A DNA stretch of 64,000 nt, from positions 75,020,001 through 75,084,000 of the forward strand of contig CM060733.1 in the NCBI GenBank assembly GCA_030704615.1. The letters run 5' to 3'. This DNA comes from Takakia lepidozioides (taxonomy: Eukaryota; Plantae; Bryophyta). Of the stretch, positions 12,215-24,300 are shown piece after piece. Position 1 is the stretch's first letter, and the number at the start of each line of letters is the position of its first letter. Both the position numbers and the translations under genes were made by a program. The notes under the pieces are model-generated. The model did not search any database, had not been told where the DNA came from, and was given only the letters and a program-made list of their open reading frames with translations.

Positions 12215-12945
12215 TGTTTCCATTTCAAGAACTCGTTGTACCTGCATTGCTGCATAATTGACCTCACAATGTCCTCCGTTGTGGCAGTGAGGATGTCCAC
12301 TAGATGCGCCGCAGAGGACGCACGCCAGGAAGAATGTACCAATTCGGCCATGTTTGTTGTCGGGTTAGAAGCAAGTTACAAATATTGACTAGCATAATAT
12401 TGAATGTGACGTGAAATCATCCAACTCACCTCTCGCATATAGTCGTTGAACTGGAGGAAACGACAATGCCACCATGCTAGCCAACTGACCATAGCTCCCT
12501 TGTCTGATTTCTTTACAGCACCTGACGTTGTCCACCAAGCCCGTATACATACAAACTGTGTCTCTGCATCATCCAAGGTGGGAGCATGCTTCCACGCAAG
12601 ACACATGGAACGGTGGTCCTCTCTGAATTTTGGCGCCACGAGCCTCGTTGTGTACTACGACAAGCTCTGGAGAAAATGGAACCCACAAGATCTCTCATTG
12701 CCTTCCATTGGAACATTGGGGTCTTCCCCGTGTACCCTTCAGATTGCAGCCCAATTTGCTTGTGCATTGTCCGCCATGAAACCACGGAAATTCGGTGGGG
12801 GCAATCCTGCCCTTGTCATCTGTTCGTTTATTCCCTACCAAAGAAGCATCTCTGATTGTGTATCCTCCCCTTTCATCTCACAAATAACAATTGTCATTAA
12901 CATCCTGCAGTGGGGGTCGTAGACATGTGCACCCATCGTCACCGA
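12215..12945 (-). pseudogene. MULE-type DDE transposase catalytic core, pseudogene
   Basis: Manual translation: TMGAHVYDPHCRMLMTIVICEMKGED...W*GINE...NFRGFMADNAQANWAAI*RVHG...RSCGFHFLQSL...WLAWW...TNMAELVHSSW. This gives the second catalytic D, the MULE CxxH signature and a TNxxE catalytic E. At least three in-frame stops. Confidence 0.8.
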
Positions 12946-13099
12946 CGGGGGCTGCTATTTCATGAGCGGCATGAGCATGAGCGGAAAAAAAAAAAGCATG
13001 AGCAGACCATTGTGAGTCCACGGAAATAGGGTTAGGAGGCACGGAAATAGGGTCAAGTGAAGTTGGAATGTGGCACCAGTGGACTTGAAATGCAACATT

Positions 13100-16000
13100 T
13101 TATTGCAAATTTTGTGGCAAGCCACGTCTATACAAGTGTGTTCTAACTGTCACTACACCCTCCGAGGAACTTGCCCCACCTTCTTCCTCATCCCCCTCAT
13201 CCCCCTCGTCCTCCGAGCTCTGTGATGCATCAGTTCCACTATGCCTCTCAAAAATCCCGTCCTCTCCTTGGGGGACTGTCCACCTCACCTCCTAGGAATC
13301 TTCTGCGTCTTCTCCCCCACTTTCCTCAGCAGAATCCAAGACAAATCTACGAGCCCGACGGGCTCTAATAGCTGCTGCCTCCTCCCTCATCTTCATTTTC
13401 TTGAGGCTTGCCTCGTCTAAAATCTGCTGTACACGACTACGTTCGGAACACCTCCTAATGGACACCGAAGCAAGCCGGGCAGCATAAGTAGGAAGGATGT
13501 ACTCCCTTTCTGGACTAGGCATGAAATCCCCCCTGGCAAAAAAAGGCACGTTCCTCCTGCCCATGAACTCTGGTGTAGACGTCTCTCCGGCAGTACTTGG
13601 CATCCTACAGTAAGAACAAATCCACTTCAAGAATGTCAATACCAGCACAACCACAAAGGGTTTTCAATGAAATAAGAGAGCGGAGGGAGGTGCCTCACGA
13701 AATCTGGAGGCAACTTACAATGCCACCACTCACTCGTAAACCGGGGGCTCCTCGGCCTCGATCCCAACTTCCTCCCCCTGCTCCTTCTTGGATTTTTCCT
13801 CATCCTCCGAGGATGCCTCTTCCTCTTTCGGCAGACGTTCAGCCGCTGCAAGTTCGGAGTTGTGGAGGGCAGTATCTGGTTTGAAGGCGAACACATGCCT
13901 GTCGGACAACGTCCCTGCCCACATTGAAGCACCTGAGGAACAAAGCGGGCGGTTAATAGCTTGCGGCATGCAATTGCAATCGGGCCAGGGGACAAACTGA
14001 GCACGTGAAGGCTTACCCATGCCGCATGTGAGGTCCAGAATCCGCCCTTGGACATCCGAGCACGTCTCCATGAGGGTTTGGATGAAAGCAGGGCTCCGGG
14101 TCCGGCTGTACCGCCACGGTTTGCCTGTCTTTGTGTCCTTCGGCATACTAGAGTGGGGCACATAGTTGTAGAGGACATCATAGGTTACAGGGTCCACAGC
14201 GGCATCAACAAGACGACCGTCGTTGCGGAATTTGAACATAGACCCTCTCTTCACAAAGCAATATGCCTCAAACACCAATGTCTGCACATCCAACAAAGAA
14301 GGGATCAACTCCAGGGTCTACTTAACATACACCACAATATGAAGTGAATGCAATAGATTGATAACTTACACTTTGGCCCTCTGTTCGCAACCCCTGCGTA
14401 CTGATGCAGAACCATTTTCTGAGGAGGACCGGGGTGACACTTTTTGGTGTCCACCTTGCCACCGCATTCTCTGTGGTCTTCCCTCTCGTGGCAAGGACAA
14501 CCACACATCCACCGTCATCCAGAAGCATCCCCGCCAGCCCAAACCCGGCTTTCCAGTAGTCCTCAGTAAACCTGTTCCAGGTGGGCACACCATCCAGGCC
14601 CTCCAGCAGCTCCCCATCTGGAATGTTGAGGAGAATCATGTCGCAGGCTCTCTCCACCTCACCCCCCCCCCCGAGTGCTCTTGCAATTCGTGCTCACAGC
14701 CGTGAATAATTCCATCATGGCTTCAAAACCAGGGGTGTCTTTAGGCTCTGTACCGCCATCCCTCTTCTTGGCTTTCCCCTTCTGCTTCGCCATAGACTTG
14801 TTGTGTGCCACCTTCTTCGCCCTGGCAGCGAGAGCGTCAAGGAAGCTCTCATTGACGCATTGGATGATGGTTGGAGGTTCTAGCTTTGGCCTGTGCGTAA
14901 ACGTCACCGCCGAATACCGCCGTGTAGGCTCGCCCTCAAATGCCAACTTCTTGGCAGAGCCAGTCCCACTCCGAACTGACTTGGGAACCCGGACGACCGG
15001 TGACTGGGTAGGAGCAACAGCAGTCGCAGGACCTTGAACAAAGTCGTCGTCCGAGTCACTCTCTTGGGTCCCCTCCTGCGCCTCCTCCGATGCCCCGATG
15101 GTTTTTTTTTTTTTGGGTGTTACTGCACTCACCTGTTTCTTTGTCCTTTTCCTTTGGCCTTTACTCTTCTCATGCAATTTCTCCTGAATTTCTGCCTGAG
15201 CAAGCTCTGCCGCTTTCCTGGAATTCGCAAGCGATTTTGCCTCTTTTGCACCCAATGGAGGCAGCGGAGCCCGGTTTCGTCGGAATTCAGCATCCAGCTT
15301 CAATTGAAACTCGGATGGGTCGAGCGAGCCAGGCGGAAGGTCCACATACCAAGGGCAATCACGCAAATGTTCCAGATGCCACTCCTTCACAATATCGTCA
15401 GTGTACATGGAGTCAGCCCCAGGGTTCCTCCATGCCAGGAAGAATGGTGGCTCGAAAGACAGATGACCTTTCTCCAAAAGGGAGAACTTGCAGTACCTGC
15501 ATTCATGAAAAACACAATGAGGTCCCTGAAATGCATATTCCGCACCATTTTCCCAGGTTGGGGCGGATATGAGTGGGCCTAGAAATGGAAAAATGGCGCC
15601 GAATTTCGGTTTTCGGTGAGTGCCACCCTAGGGAGTTAGCCATCTTGGGAGCCCTGAACTGGAAATTCGGCGCCATTTTTCCCGGTTTGGCCCGAAGATG
15701 GCTAAGTCCCAGAACCGCAATAGGGCCTAGAACTGGGAAAATGGAGCCGAATTTCCAGTTCAGGTCCAGCCACCCTAGGGACTTAGCCCGAAAATGGCTA
15801 AGTCCCCGAACGGCAATAGGGCCTAGAACTGGAAAATGGCGCCGAATTTCCAGTTCAGGGCCAGCCACCCTAGGGACTTAGCCCGAAAATGGCTAAGTCC
15901 CTGAACGGCAGTAGGGCCTAGAACTGGAAAATGGCGCCGAATTTCCAGTTCAGGGCCAGCCACCCTAGGGACTTAGCCCGAAAATGGCTAAGTCCCTGAA

Positions 16001-17655
16001 CGGCAATAGGGCCTAGAACTGGAAAATGGCGCCGAATTTCCAGTTCCGGGCCAGCCACCCTAGGGACTTAGCCCGAAAATGGCTAATTCCCTGAACGGCA
16101 ATAGGGCCTAGAACTGGAAAATGGCGCCGAATTTCCAGTTCGGGGCCCGCCAGTCTAGGGACTTAGCCCGAAAATGGCTAAGTCCCTGAACGGCAATAGG
16201 GCCTAGAACTGGAAAATGGCGCCGAATTTCCACTTCAGGGCCAGCCACCCTAGGGACTTAGCCCGAAAATGGCTGTCCTTGAACGGCAATAGGGCCTGGA
16301 ACTGGAAAATGGCGCCGAATTTCCAGTTCAGGGCCAGCTAGTCTAGGGACTTAGCCCGAAAATGGTCAAGTCCCTGAACGGCAATAGGGCCTAGAACTGG
16401 AAAATGGCGCCGAATTTCCAGTTCAGGGCCAGCCAGTCTAGGGACTTAGCCATTTTCGGAGCCCTGACTGGAATTTCCGCGCCATTTTCCCTAACACCAC
16501 ATGAGGCCTCTAACATCCTGAAATGCAAGGACTTGAAAGAAAGACAACGCGTATGTACCTGTACAGAAGGCGCATTGCTGCTTTGTCCGCGTTCGGCTGG
16601 TCGGTGAACTCGTGGCTCCGGCGAGCATCTGCTATCTCCCGAAAGAATAGGTTGGTTTTGTAGAGCAGAAAGTACCTCGTCATATAGTCACGTAGGCTCT
16701 CTGCTGCAGGAGATATCTCCATCTTGAACTGATGTGCTTGTGTGTCCAGCTGCTCTTGCGCATTCGTCGTCACCTGTGGAGATTCTCCATCAGATCACTT
16801 TCCTCAAAAAATACAATGAATCCACCCCCTACTAGAGTAGAAGCCCCAAACGAAGCGTGGGGAAGTACCTGAAACCACCATGTCATGCGGTTCATCCACA
16901 TGTCGAATGTGGGGTCAGAGAGTTTGTCCAGTTTGGGGAAGCTCCACATGTCCCTGGTACTTTGGGAACCATTCCAGATTTGGAGCCACCGGGTCTGTCC
17001 AACCACCCAGCATATTCGTAAGCGCCAAACACCACAAAAAGGAGTTGTTGCCACCACAATTTGGTTAAGAATGTATCACCTTTTCTGTTGCATCCACACA
17101 GGATGTGGCTAGACGATGGAGCTTCTCCAATGTCATCGTGGGCTTCAGAGCGCGAGAGTAGTGCTTCCCCACCTCCACCAGAAAGTCGGCACCAAGGGCG
17201 GGATCAGCTATGGCCACGTACTTTACCATCCGCGACTTGTACTTTATGCGGGCCCTTACCTCCGCAGCTTTGACATACGATTCGAGTTCCGGGAGGGTTG
17301 GATTCGACTCCTCTGACTCCATGTAGAACCTCCGCGCATGTGCCAAATCCTGCTGTATTTTCGTCTGTCAAGAATGCGCACATAAGATTAGAGATCCAGC
17401 CATTTATCCTGTGAATGTTAAGTTTCTTCTTATCTTTATAAACTTTATGATAGTGAATACATCTGGATGGCTTCCTATTATCATCACCGGGCTCATCAAC
17501 CCTTGCCTCAGAGTGAGCCTCGCATATCATCGATTCCCACTCGTCAGAGTCATACTCCTCATGGTGCGTCCGACGTGCTTTGCGCATGTTGGATTGTTTC
17601 ACCATATCGGCCTTCACTGCAAATCCTCTACAACTCGTCCTGAAGAATCCTCCAG
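13100..17655 (-). pseudogene. Multi-exon gene with a beta-class N4-cytosine/N6-adenine DNA methyltransferase-like domain and an acidic tail
   Basis: Motif IV-like CDMILLNIPDG (~14615-14645) precedes KPWRYSRTRSPAFIQTLMETCSDVQGRILDLTCGMG|ASMWAGTLSDRHVFAFKPD once the GT-AG intron 13933-14016 is removed. A phase-matched intron 15497-16558 joins MRLLYR to YCKFSLLEKG. Frameshift in a poly-C run at ~14665. Confidence 0.7.
15590..16490. repeat. Intronic tandem array, ~8 x 95-bp units, each with two hairpins
   Basis: CTAGAACTGG recurs about every 95 bp from ~15727 to ~16391. Hairpins are GAACTGGAAA-ATGGCGCCGAA-TTTCCAGTTC and AGGGACTTAGCC-CGAAAAT-GGCTAAGTCCCT. Confidence 0.97.
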
Positions 17656-18417
17656 CTACACAGAGGTTGCTGGAATGTTAAAGCAACAACTCACACTAAA
17701 ACAGGAAGACACGCACACGGACTTCAGCAAACAAAAACTTCCATTTGTGCTCATGACGTAAAAAAGCAAGCAATGGAAAGAGAAGAGTTGCAAATCACAT
17801 GAATGATGGCAAAACTTGAAAACAAGTAACCCTAAAGTGACCTCCAATGAGTAATCGCTTCACCGCCAGAGCTCAATCAACAGTTTGTAACACAAGCAAG
17901 CCAATTCATATTGTGCAAGGAAGTGCCTATAATACCGCTTCCACCAGGATCATATAGTCCGTGCCCATCAGACGTCAGGAAGCTTGGAGAAGATGTCATG
18001 AGGCTGCCATGAATCTCAACACTCAAGCATCGACGTGGGGGGTGACAGGCAAGGGGCTGCATTCGAATAATCAGCTACACCATATGCGTGCGGACTGGCC
18101 GCGAAAAGCACGCGAGCATGATGATTGCGATCACCTACGACCTGCAATGGTTGTGTCACATCATGTTATGGGAGGCCGTCCGTCATCATGGGATGCTTGC
18201 AACACATGAATCATGCGATTCATGTGATACATGTGTTACGGTGTTACGGCTAGGGGGCGGGCGGCGAGGGCGGTTTGGAGGAGGCGGGAGGGGGTGGCAC
18301 GGGGGGGGGGGCCACACGCAGGCAGGACCCTTACGCTCGCATTAAACTCCGGGGCCTCTTCTCAGTGTGTGCCATTAATGTGTCCCCTTGGCAGACGCTC
18401 TATAGGGGAGACCAGGG

Positions 18418-18444
<27 letters not shown>
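18418..18444. repeat. (GA)n microsatellite
   Basis: Directly visible. Confidence 0.95.
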
Positions 18445-18448
<4 letters not shown>

Positions 18449-19479
18449 GACGGAACACTAGAGAGAGAGAAGACTCTGGCCAAAGCCGGCGTAACTAAGA
18501 GCCACCTCGCCTTACAGCTATTGCCCCCTTCCGGAGGTGGGCCCTATATGGGAGCACTACATTACAAATAGCCCCGGGCATGGGGCCCTCCACTTACGGC
18601 CCTCTACATAAAATCCCAAAAATTAACCCGCAACTACACGGCCCGGGTCCAGTTACCCCCTTTTCCACACACAAGAGAGATCCTGTCTTCATCCATTCGG
18701 ACTGGAATAAGGTAAGGAGATGAATCCATTTCATCGACGTGTCTCGTCACCCTAATGCTCATCCCTTTGTAATAAGCGTCGCGCCCACGGCATGGATCCT
18801 TTGATTTGAGAGGTGTTTTGTCTGTGTGTGCCACTTGAGGGCGCATGGGGCTGAATTGGTTCGTCCGTGTGCCACTCTCACACTCATTTGTACGTTGGAG
18901 CTTGAATTCTTCTTTCAGAGTGCAACAGTCAGGGCTACATAATGTCCCGATCACGTACTCTTTATGACTTTGAGGAGTGCCGTTTTATCATACGAACTTC
19001 ACCTCTCTTTCAATATCCCTCTTTGTGTGTGGAGTGCAGGATGTTAACTGAGGTCCATGCGCCTCTCTGGCACCGAGGATTACATAATCACCTCTGTTTA
19101 GACTAACGCCGAGGAGTGCACAGATCCCGAATGATGTCAAAAGTTCACTCTTTGGCACAATTGACCTTCTAACATCTGTGTCTTTAGCCACTGAGCAATG
19201 CGTGGGGTCAGAACGAACTTTTCAGTAACAGCGCTACTCTTTGAACCCTTCCTTCATTTTTTGTCACTCTGGCTGTTCCCCGTGATCAAACTATCTTAAT
19301 CTGTTTATCTTTAGATGGAGGTTTGCGGAACGAAGCTCCTCTATTTCTTCCCTCCGTCTGCGCGTCTCGTGTGAAACCTCGTAAATGTATCGCATTTTGA
19401 CCTTCCGCAGAGTTTGGGAACTTCGTGGAAAACTTTTTCGTTTCATACTTGCCTGCAGCTCAAACGATTGCCAAATGTA

Positions 19480-22400
19480 ATGGCAAGCAATGGTCCTCCA
19501 GGTACGGTTTCCAGTGTGCGTCCATTACCTTCCGACATTTGTACCAGAACTTTTTGGCAGGGGAGACCCTTGGGGGCGCTGGAAGGATCAGCCGCCAAGG
19601 TCCCAACCTTCTTGAAGAAGTTAACGTTGGTTCAAATCGATACGGATTGGATGGTATGCCTTGCTCTCAACACTCTGTCACCTATTTTGCAAGGTTCTCA
19701 ATAAAGAGCAGTGATCAAGAGGGAAAAAAAAACCCTTTCTGATTGTCTATGTTTTGCTATTTGATCAGATAGCAATTGACTAACAACTTAGCTTTGCAAA
19801 TCAGGCTAGGACAAAATTTACCAATAGGGATTTTCCCGGCTCACAGTGGGATTCCACCAGGGTAGTATGTTGGATATCAGCTCTTGGTTGTGAGGAATTT
19901 TTATGAACTGCTCCTTTTTTGTGCAGAACATCCCCTTTCTATTTGTTAGGCAATATAGTTCGAAATTCAAAGGGACTGCCACCCTGGAAGGGCCAGGGGG
20001 TGAAGTGTGGCAAGTTGGCCTCAGGGGTTCCAAGGAAGGTTCCTTTGGCTTTGGATCAGGGTGGAAAGCCTTTGTCGAGGACAACAACCTGAAGATTGGT
20101 GAACACGTCCTGTTCAGTCTCATTGGAATGTCCCATTTTTCTGTGCAATTTTATGACTGGGGTGGTTGTGAGAAACCAAGTGCTTTTAATAAAATCAGCT
20201 CTCATGGTCTTAAGGCAACTCGTTTTGGCTACATCCAGAAGACAAACATGGAGGATCGTTATGATATATCAGTCAGAAAAGGGAAGAAGCATTGGATGAA
20301 ATCACTACGGGGTCCAGTGCATCAACAAAATTCTGACATAAACTGCCTCTCTGCCCTTGCTACCCTCCCAGAACAATCAGAGGCTACAGCTATCTGCTGT
20401 CTGAATGAGCAGTCTGCAAAAAGTCATGGCCAGTCGGGGGGTGTCATTTGCACTGCACCAGATCTGTGGATGCCAGCCTGGGGGCAGTGTGTGAGATCAA
20501 CATCACATCATATACACAAAAGGGCTGTGGATTACAGCCTTGCAGAAGAGTGTCAAGTTCATGCTGTACAAAACCCCATGGTAGTATGTAGCCAATTTGT
20601 GGTGGCAAACTTTGTGTCTCCCAAGCACCTTGCAAAAGTGCAAGAAACGCCTTTGGCAGGTAGAAGTGAAAGGCCAGAACATGGTCCAGGAGGGGATGAA
20701 AAATCTGCAACTGGCAACTATAGCAAGAAGCAGCCCAATGAACAAGCGGGGTGTAGTGAAATAGGTGAGAACAATGCTGACATGGAAGTGAGGTTGAGTG
20801 AGGCCCACAGCATCAGGGCAGCTCAGTACAAGAAAACTTGGACCCATGGATGCTGAGAAAAATAACAATGGGGTGGTTCCTGAGGTTGGGGTCAATTGGG
20901 GGGCACAAACAGCAAATGGACTTCACAGTTACCCGAGGAGGGGAGCTGGAGGGTTGTACCCAGCTGGAGCAGACTACTAAGGAGTTCCTGACTACCAACA
21001 AGGTTGAGCATTGGTATGTTCCCTGGTGTGGTCCCTTGTTGGAGGAGAATATAGTGGATGCTGATGACAGTCCTGCGTACAAGTTTAGAGGCACCCAAAA
21101 AGTCGTGAATGACTGCTACAAACAGGAGCGGGGAATGAAGAGAAATTGTAACTTGTGTTATGAGCAACTGGCAAAGAGATCATGCCTTGAAGAACGGACA
21201 AGGAGTGGAGCCAATAGCTGGAATACCTTCACCGACTGTTGTAACAATGTCATGTGCTGCTCAACGGAAGAGCAGAAAGACATGGGGAAAGGTAATAAGG
21301 AGCCTGACTTGACGCCCTTACTGCAAAAAGGCAACTCTGGTGAGATTCTGAGACTTGTGGGGAATGGCTATGTGTCCACACCTAAGGCAGGGCGTGAGCC
21401 TGTCACAGACATTGTGACTCAGCCAGTAGAGGATGAGGTCCCTGAGGGTGGTATGGAGCAATTACTTGAAGAAGTGGCAATTGGCACTCTGGTCCAAAGT
21501 TCTAACTTGCAGGAGAGAAAATGCTTTGTTACTTTGGAAAGAGGACCAAATAAACCAGGGACAAATGAGATCAAGAGATTTGACCTCGGAGGTGAAGCAC
21601 TTGATCAAGAAGACATCTTCACGGTCACTGCAGCATCCAGGGATGCTATGTTCAATGTAGATACTGATTGTACTGTTCAGATTTGTGTTGACTTGTGCCC
21701 TTTAATTCAGGATAATTTGGGCAGGGTTGAAGAGAGGGAGGCTGCCTCCTCAAGTTTAGCACTCGTCTGTGGCAACACTCAGGACACTGATGCCAAATTG
21801 AGAGCGGTTCTCTTACAGGAAGGGCAAAAGGACACATTGGCTGATGATGGAGATGTGGAGCAATGTGGGACTTCAGCTTACAGGGAAGATTTAGTTGGGC
21901 AAGCAGGCTCATTCATATCTACCTCTACCAAGCATAGTGAAGGGATGTTTGCTGATTTGGACTGTAGAACTTCACAATCATACAAATCATTGAAGAACAG
22001 GACTCCCAAACCAGTGGAAGGTCAAAAGGCTCTCGCGCATGGCCAGCTGCAAGTCTCTATCAAAGAGGAACCAGATGCCTATGAAAGCTTTGACGTGATG
22101 TTGTCTAATACAGCCCCAAGGCCTGAACACTTGGTGAACACTGATATGCAATTGGATCGTAACCGAGGCAAGGGGCAAGACAGAACAGTCAACAGCGACC
22201 AAGCTGGAGATCAGGGGCCAGGTGTGTCCCAAAGAATTGAGTGCCAAATGAAAAAGAAAATGTTTGTTCGATTCTTGAGTGGTCATGGATTCAATCCTCC
22301 CAAGTGGTGTGCAGCTACAGAGGCTGGTACGGGTTCACAGGCTCTTGGAAAAGGCAAGGTCTCTGTAGCACAGGAAGAAACCCTCTCTCAGATTGGTAAG

Positions 22401-22514
22401 AATAATCCCACTACAATTTCAGTCAAAAAAGAGGTTGAAGATTTTGCAGTTTCAACTAGTGGAAATGTTCAATCAACAGAAGCGCTGCTTCTCATAGGAT
22501 CCAGTTCCCGTTGA
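19480..22514 (+). CDS. B3-domain (REM/VRN1-like) DNA-binding protein; frameshift or unrecognised intron near 20.84 kb
   Basis: Exon 19480-19653 (...PTFLKKL...DWM|GT) splices to 19927 (AG|NIPFLFVRQY...LEGPGGEVWQV...FGSGWKAFVEDNNLKIGEHVLFSLIGMSHFSVQFYD..GCEK), a canonical B3 domain. A long low-complexity ORF 20838-22514 follows in another frame. Confidence 0.85.
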
Positions 22515-23114
22515 CCCATGAGCCATGGGTGTCGGTTTGTGAGCCCCAACTGTGATGCCTCATTGTGAGGCAGCAGGAACGGTAGTTTTATTGTCAGATG
22601 TCCAACCAATGGAAGACCCTCCGGGAGAGTCTCGTGACTGAATTTTTCTCATGGCTGTTCTTTGTGCCTTCGATCACATCAACTGACTGGGTGGATGGCA
22701 TTATTCATCTAAGCAGCTGCGTACCTCATTTTGTGAAACACTCGTGCATACACCATACTGGGAATTGCATGTTGATGAGGATTTCAGCAGAAAGATGTCT
22801 GGCATGAATCTACTTTCGGATAGTGCACCTTCTTTCTGATGTTCAAGTCTTCTAGTTTGTGCTCATGCATTAGTATTGCAGCCCACCCAAAAAATGGCAA
22901 TTGGAGATGAAGGGCAATGTGCCCTATTCATTTTGATCACATGCATGTCACCTCTCAAACCAGCAAACTTTGTTTTTGTGTTGCCCTGGGGCCAATAGAA
23001 TCTTGAATCATGTAAAATGCTCGTTGGCTCACATCAAAGCTGAACTGTTTGATATGCATCTTTGGTTGATAAAAGTATCTGACAAGATACTTTCCCGAAT
23101 GTGCTTTCTTAGAG

Positions 23115-24300
23115 TTTTTTTTTTTTTGTTTTTGTTTTTGTTTTTGTTTTTAAATAAATAAAAATAAAACGGCGTTGGCCAATTGATTAATTTTAGGGGA
23201 AAAATTAACCCCATTGATGCCATGAGGCATGATACACATCCATGGGATGAGGGAGCCCCAGACATAAGCAAGAGAGACCGCTGAACTGGCCATGACAAGG
23301 ACCAAAAGGGTCCGGGGATGAGAGGACGGGCGACCATAGTCGGCCATACCCCCATGCAATTCAATGATGCTCAGAGCATTGTCTTCTGAATTGTCCTGCT
23401 GCAGCCTCCAAAGTCAGGTGATTTATTTATTTATTTATTTTAAGGTGAAAGGGGATGGAGCCCTTGTTAGTTTTATTGATAATTATTGAAGGAAAAAATA
23501 AAACCCTTACATGCCCGAAAGCTGCCATGAGGCCTAGCACACGAGGAACGTGTTGGAGATACCATATGAACCATGATCAGACTCTAGGTAAGAGTCCAAA
23601 GATAAGAATGCCAATCCAAGACTTGGATAGTAACCAAAGCCCTATACTAGGAAAGAGCCGTATGGTGATCTAAACAGGACCACCTAAGTGCGGGGCCCTC
23701 GAAGAGAGGGGGCCCCCGGGGGCATGAGGCAGATAGCATCTATGCCAGCAGCTAAAGAAGCTTTGAAAAAATTATTGGTGAGAGCTAAAGATAGCTCTAT
23801 CTATGGAAGTGCAGTCTTGCATGAGATGCCACTTACATGTTTCCAGTTGATGTCGGACTTGTCAAACTCCGGGGATGGTGAAGACGAAGGACCAGTGATG
23901 TTGTCAAGTGGAGGGAATTCCTCTAGGCCAGTCGCATGTGCTTGCATTAGAGCATCTGCAAATGAGTCCGTCCCTTCCCCAAGTCTCCTGGAATGCGGCG
24001 AAGAGAGCAAACTGTCATTGAGGTTTCCTGGCGATCTCTGCACACATTTTGGCCCAAGCAAGTTTGGCAGCCACCGTCAGGTCGAAGAAAACCTGAGTAA
24101 GAACTGCAGTGGCAGATGTATTGTGAGAGTCCAACACCCATATGCATCTGGCTTTCCACAAGTGCCATAGGGTTGCAGTCCTAAGAGTTTCAAAGACAGG
24201 ACAGTCACAGGCCTTAGATTTATGAGATTGATTGTAATTGAGGAGAAGGGCAATGGGCCCCAGAGGGGTAGATCCCCAAGAACGGTAGAAGGCCAGGACA
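23115..24300 (-). mobile_element. LINE 3' end fragments with A-rich tails
   Basis: T-rich runs on the plus strand at 23115-23150 and 23421-23441 lie downstream of the minus-strand ORF2. 23451-23510 resembles 62365-62420, and the reverse complement of ~23835-23895 resembles ~63450-63510. Confidence 0.5.

Larger units (their letters stand above)
12148..18390. mobile_element. Mutator-like DNA transposon copy 2, internally deleted; right boundary uncertain
   Basis: Left terminus matches the copy 1 terminus in inverted orientation. Contains a DDE transposase remnant, an MTase-like spliced gene and a GGCGCC palindrome array. Shares the GCTATTTCATGAGC motif (~12954) with copy 1 (~6866). Confidence 0.55.

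Noticed and set aside
15590-16490. CRISPR-like array
   Set aside because: Whole 95-bp units are near-identical tandem copies with no variable spacers.
18460-19200. Short minus-strand ORFs upstream of the B3 gene
   Set aside because: No recognisable motif or splice structure could be supported.
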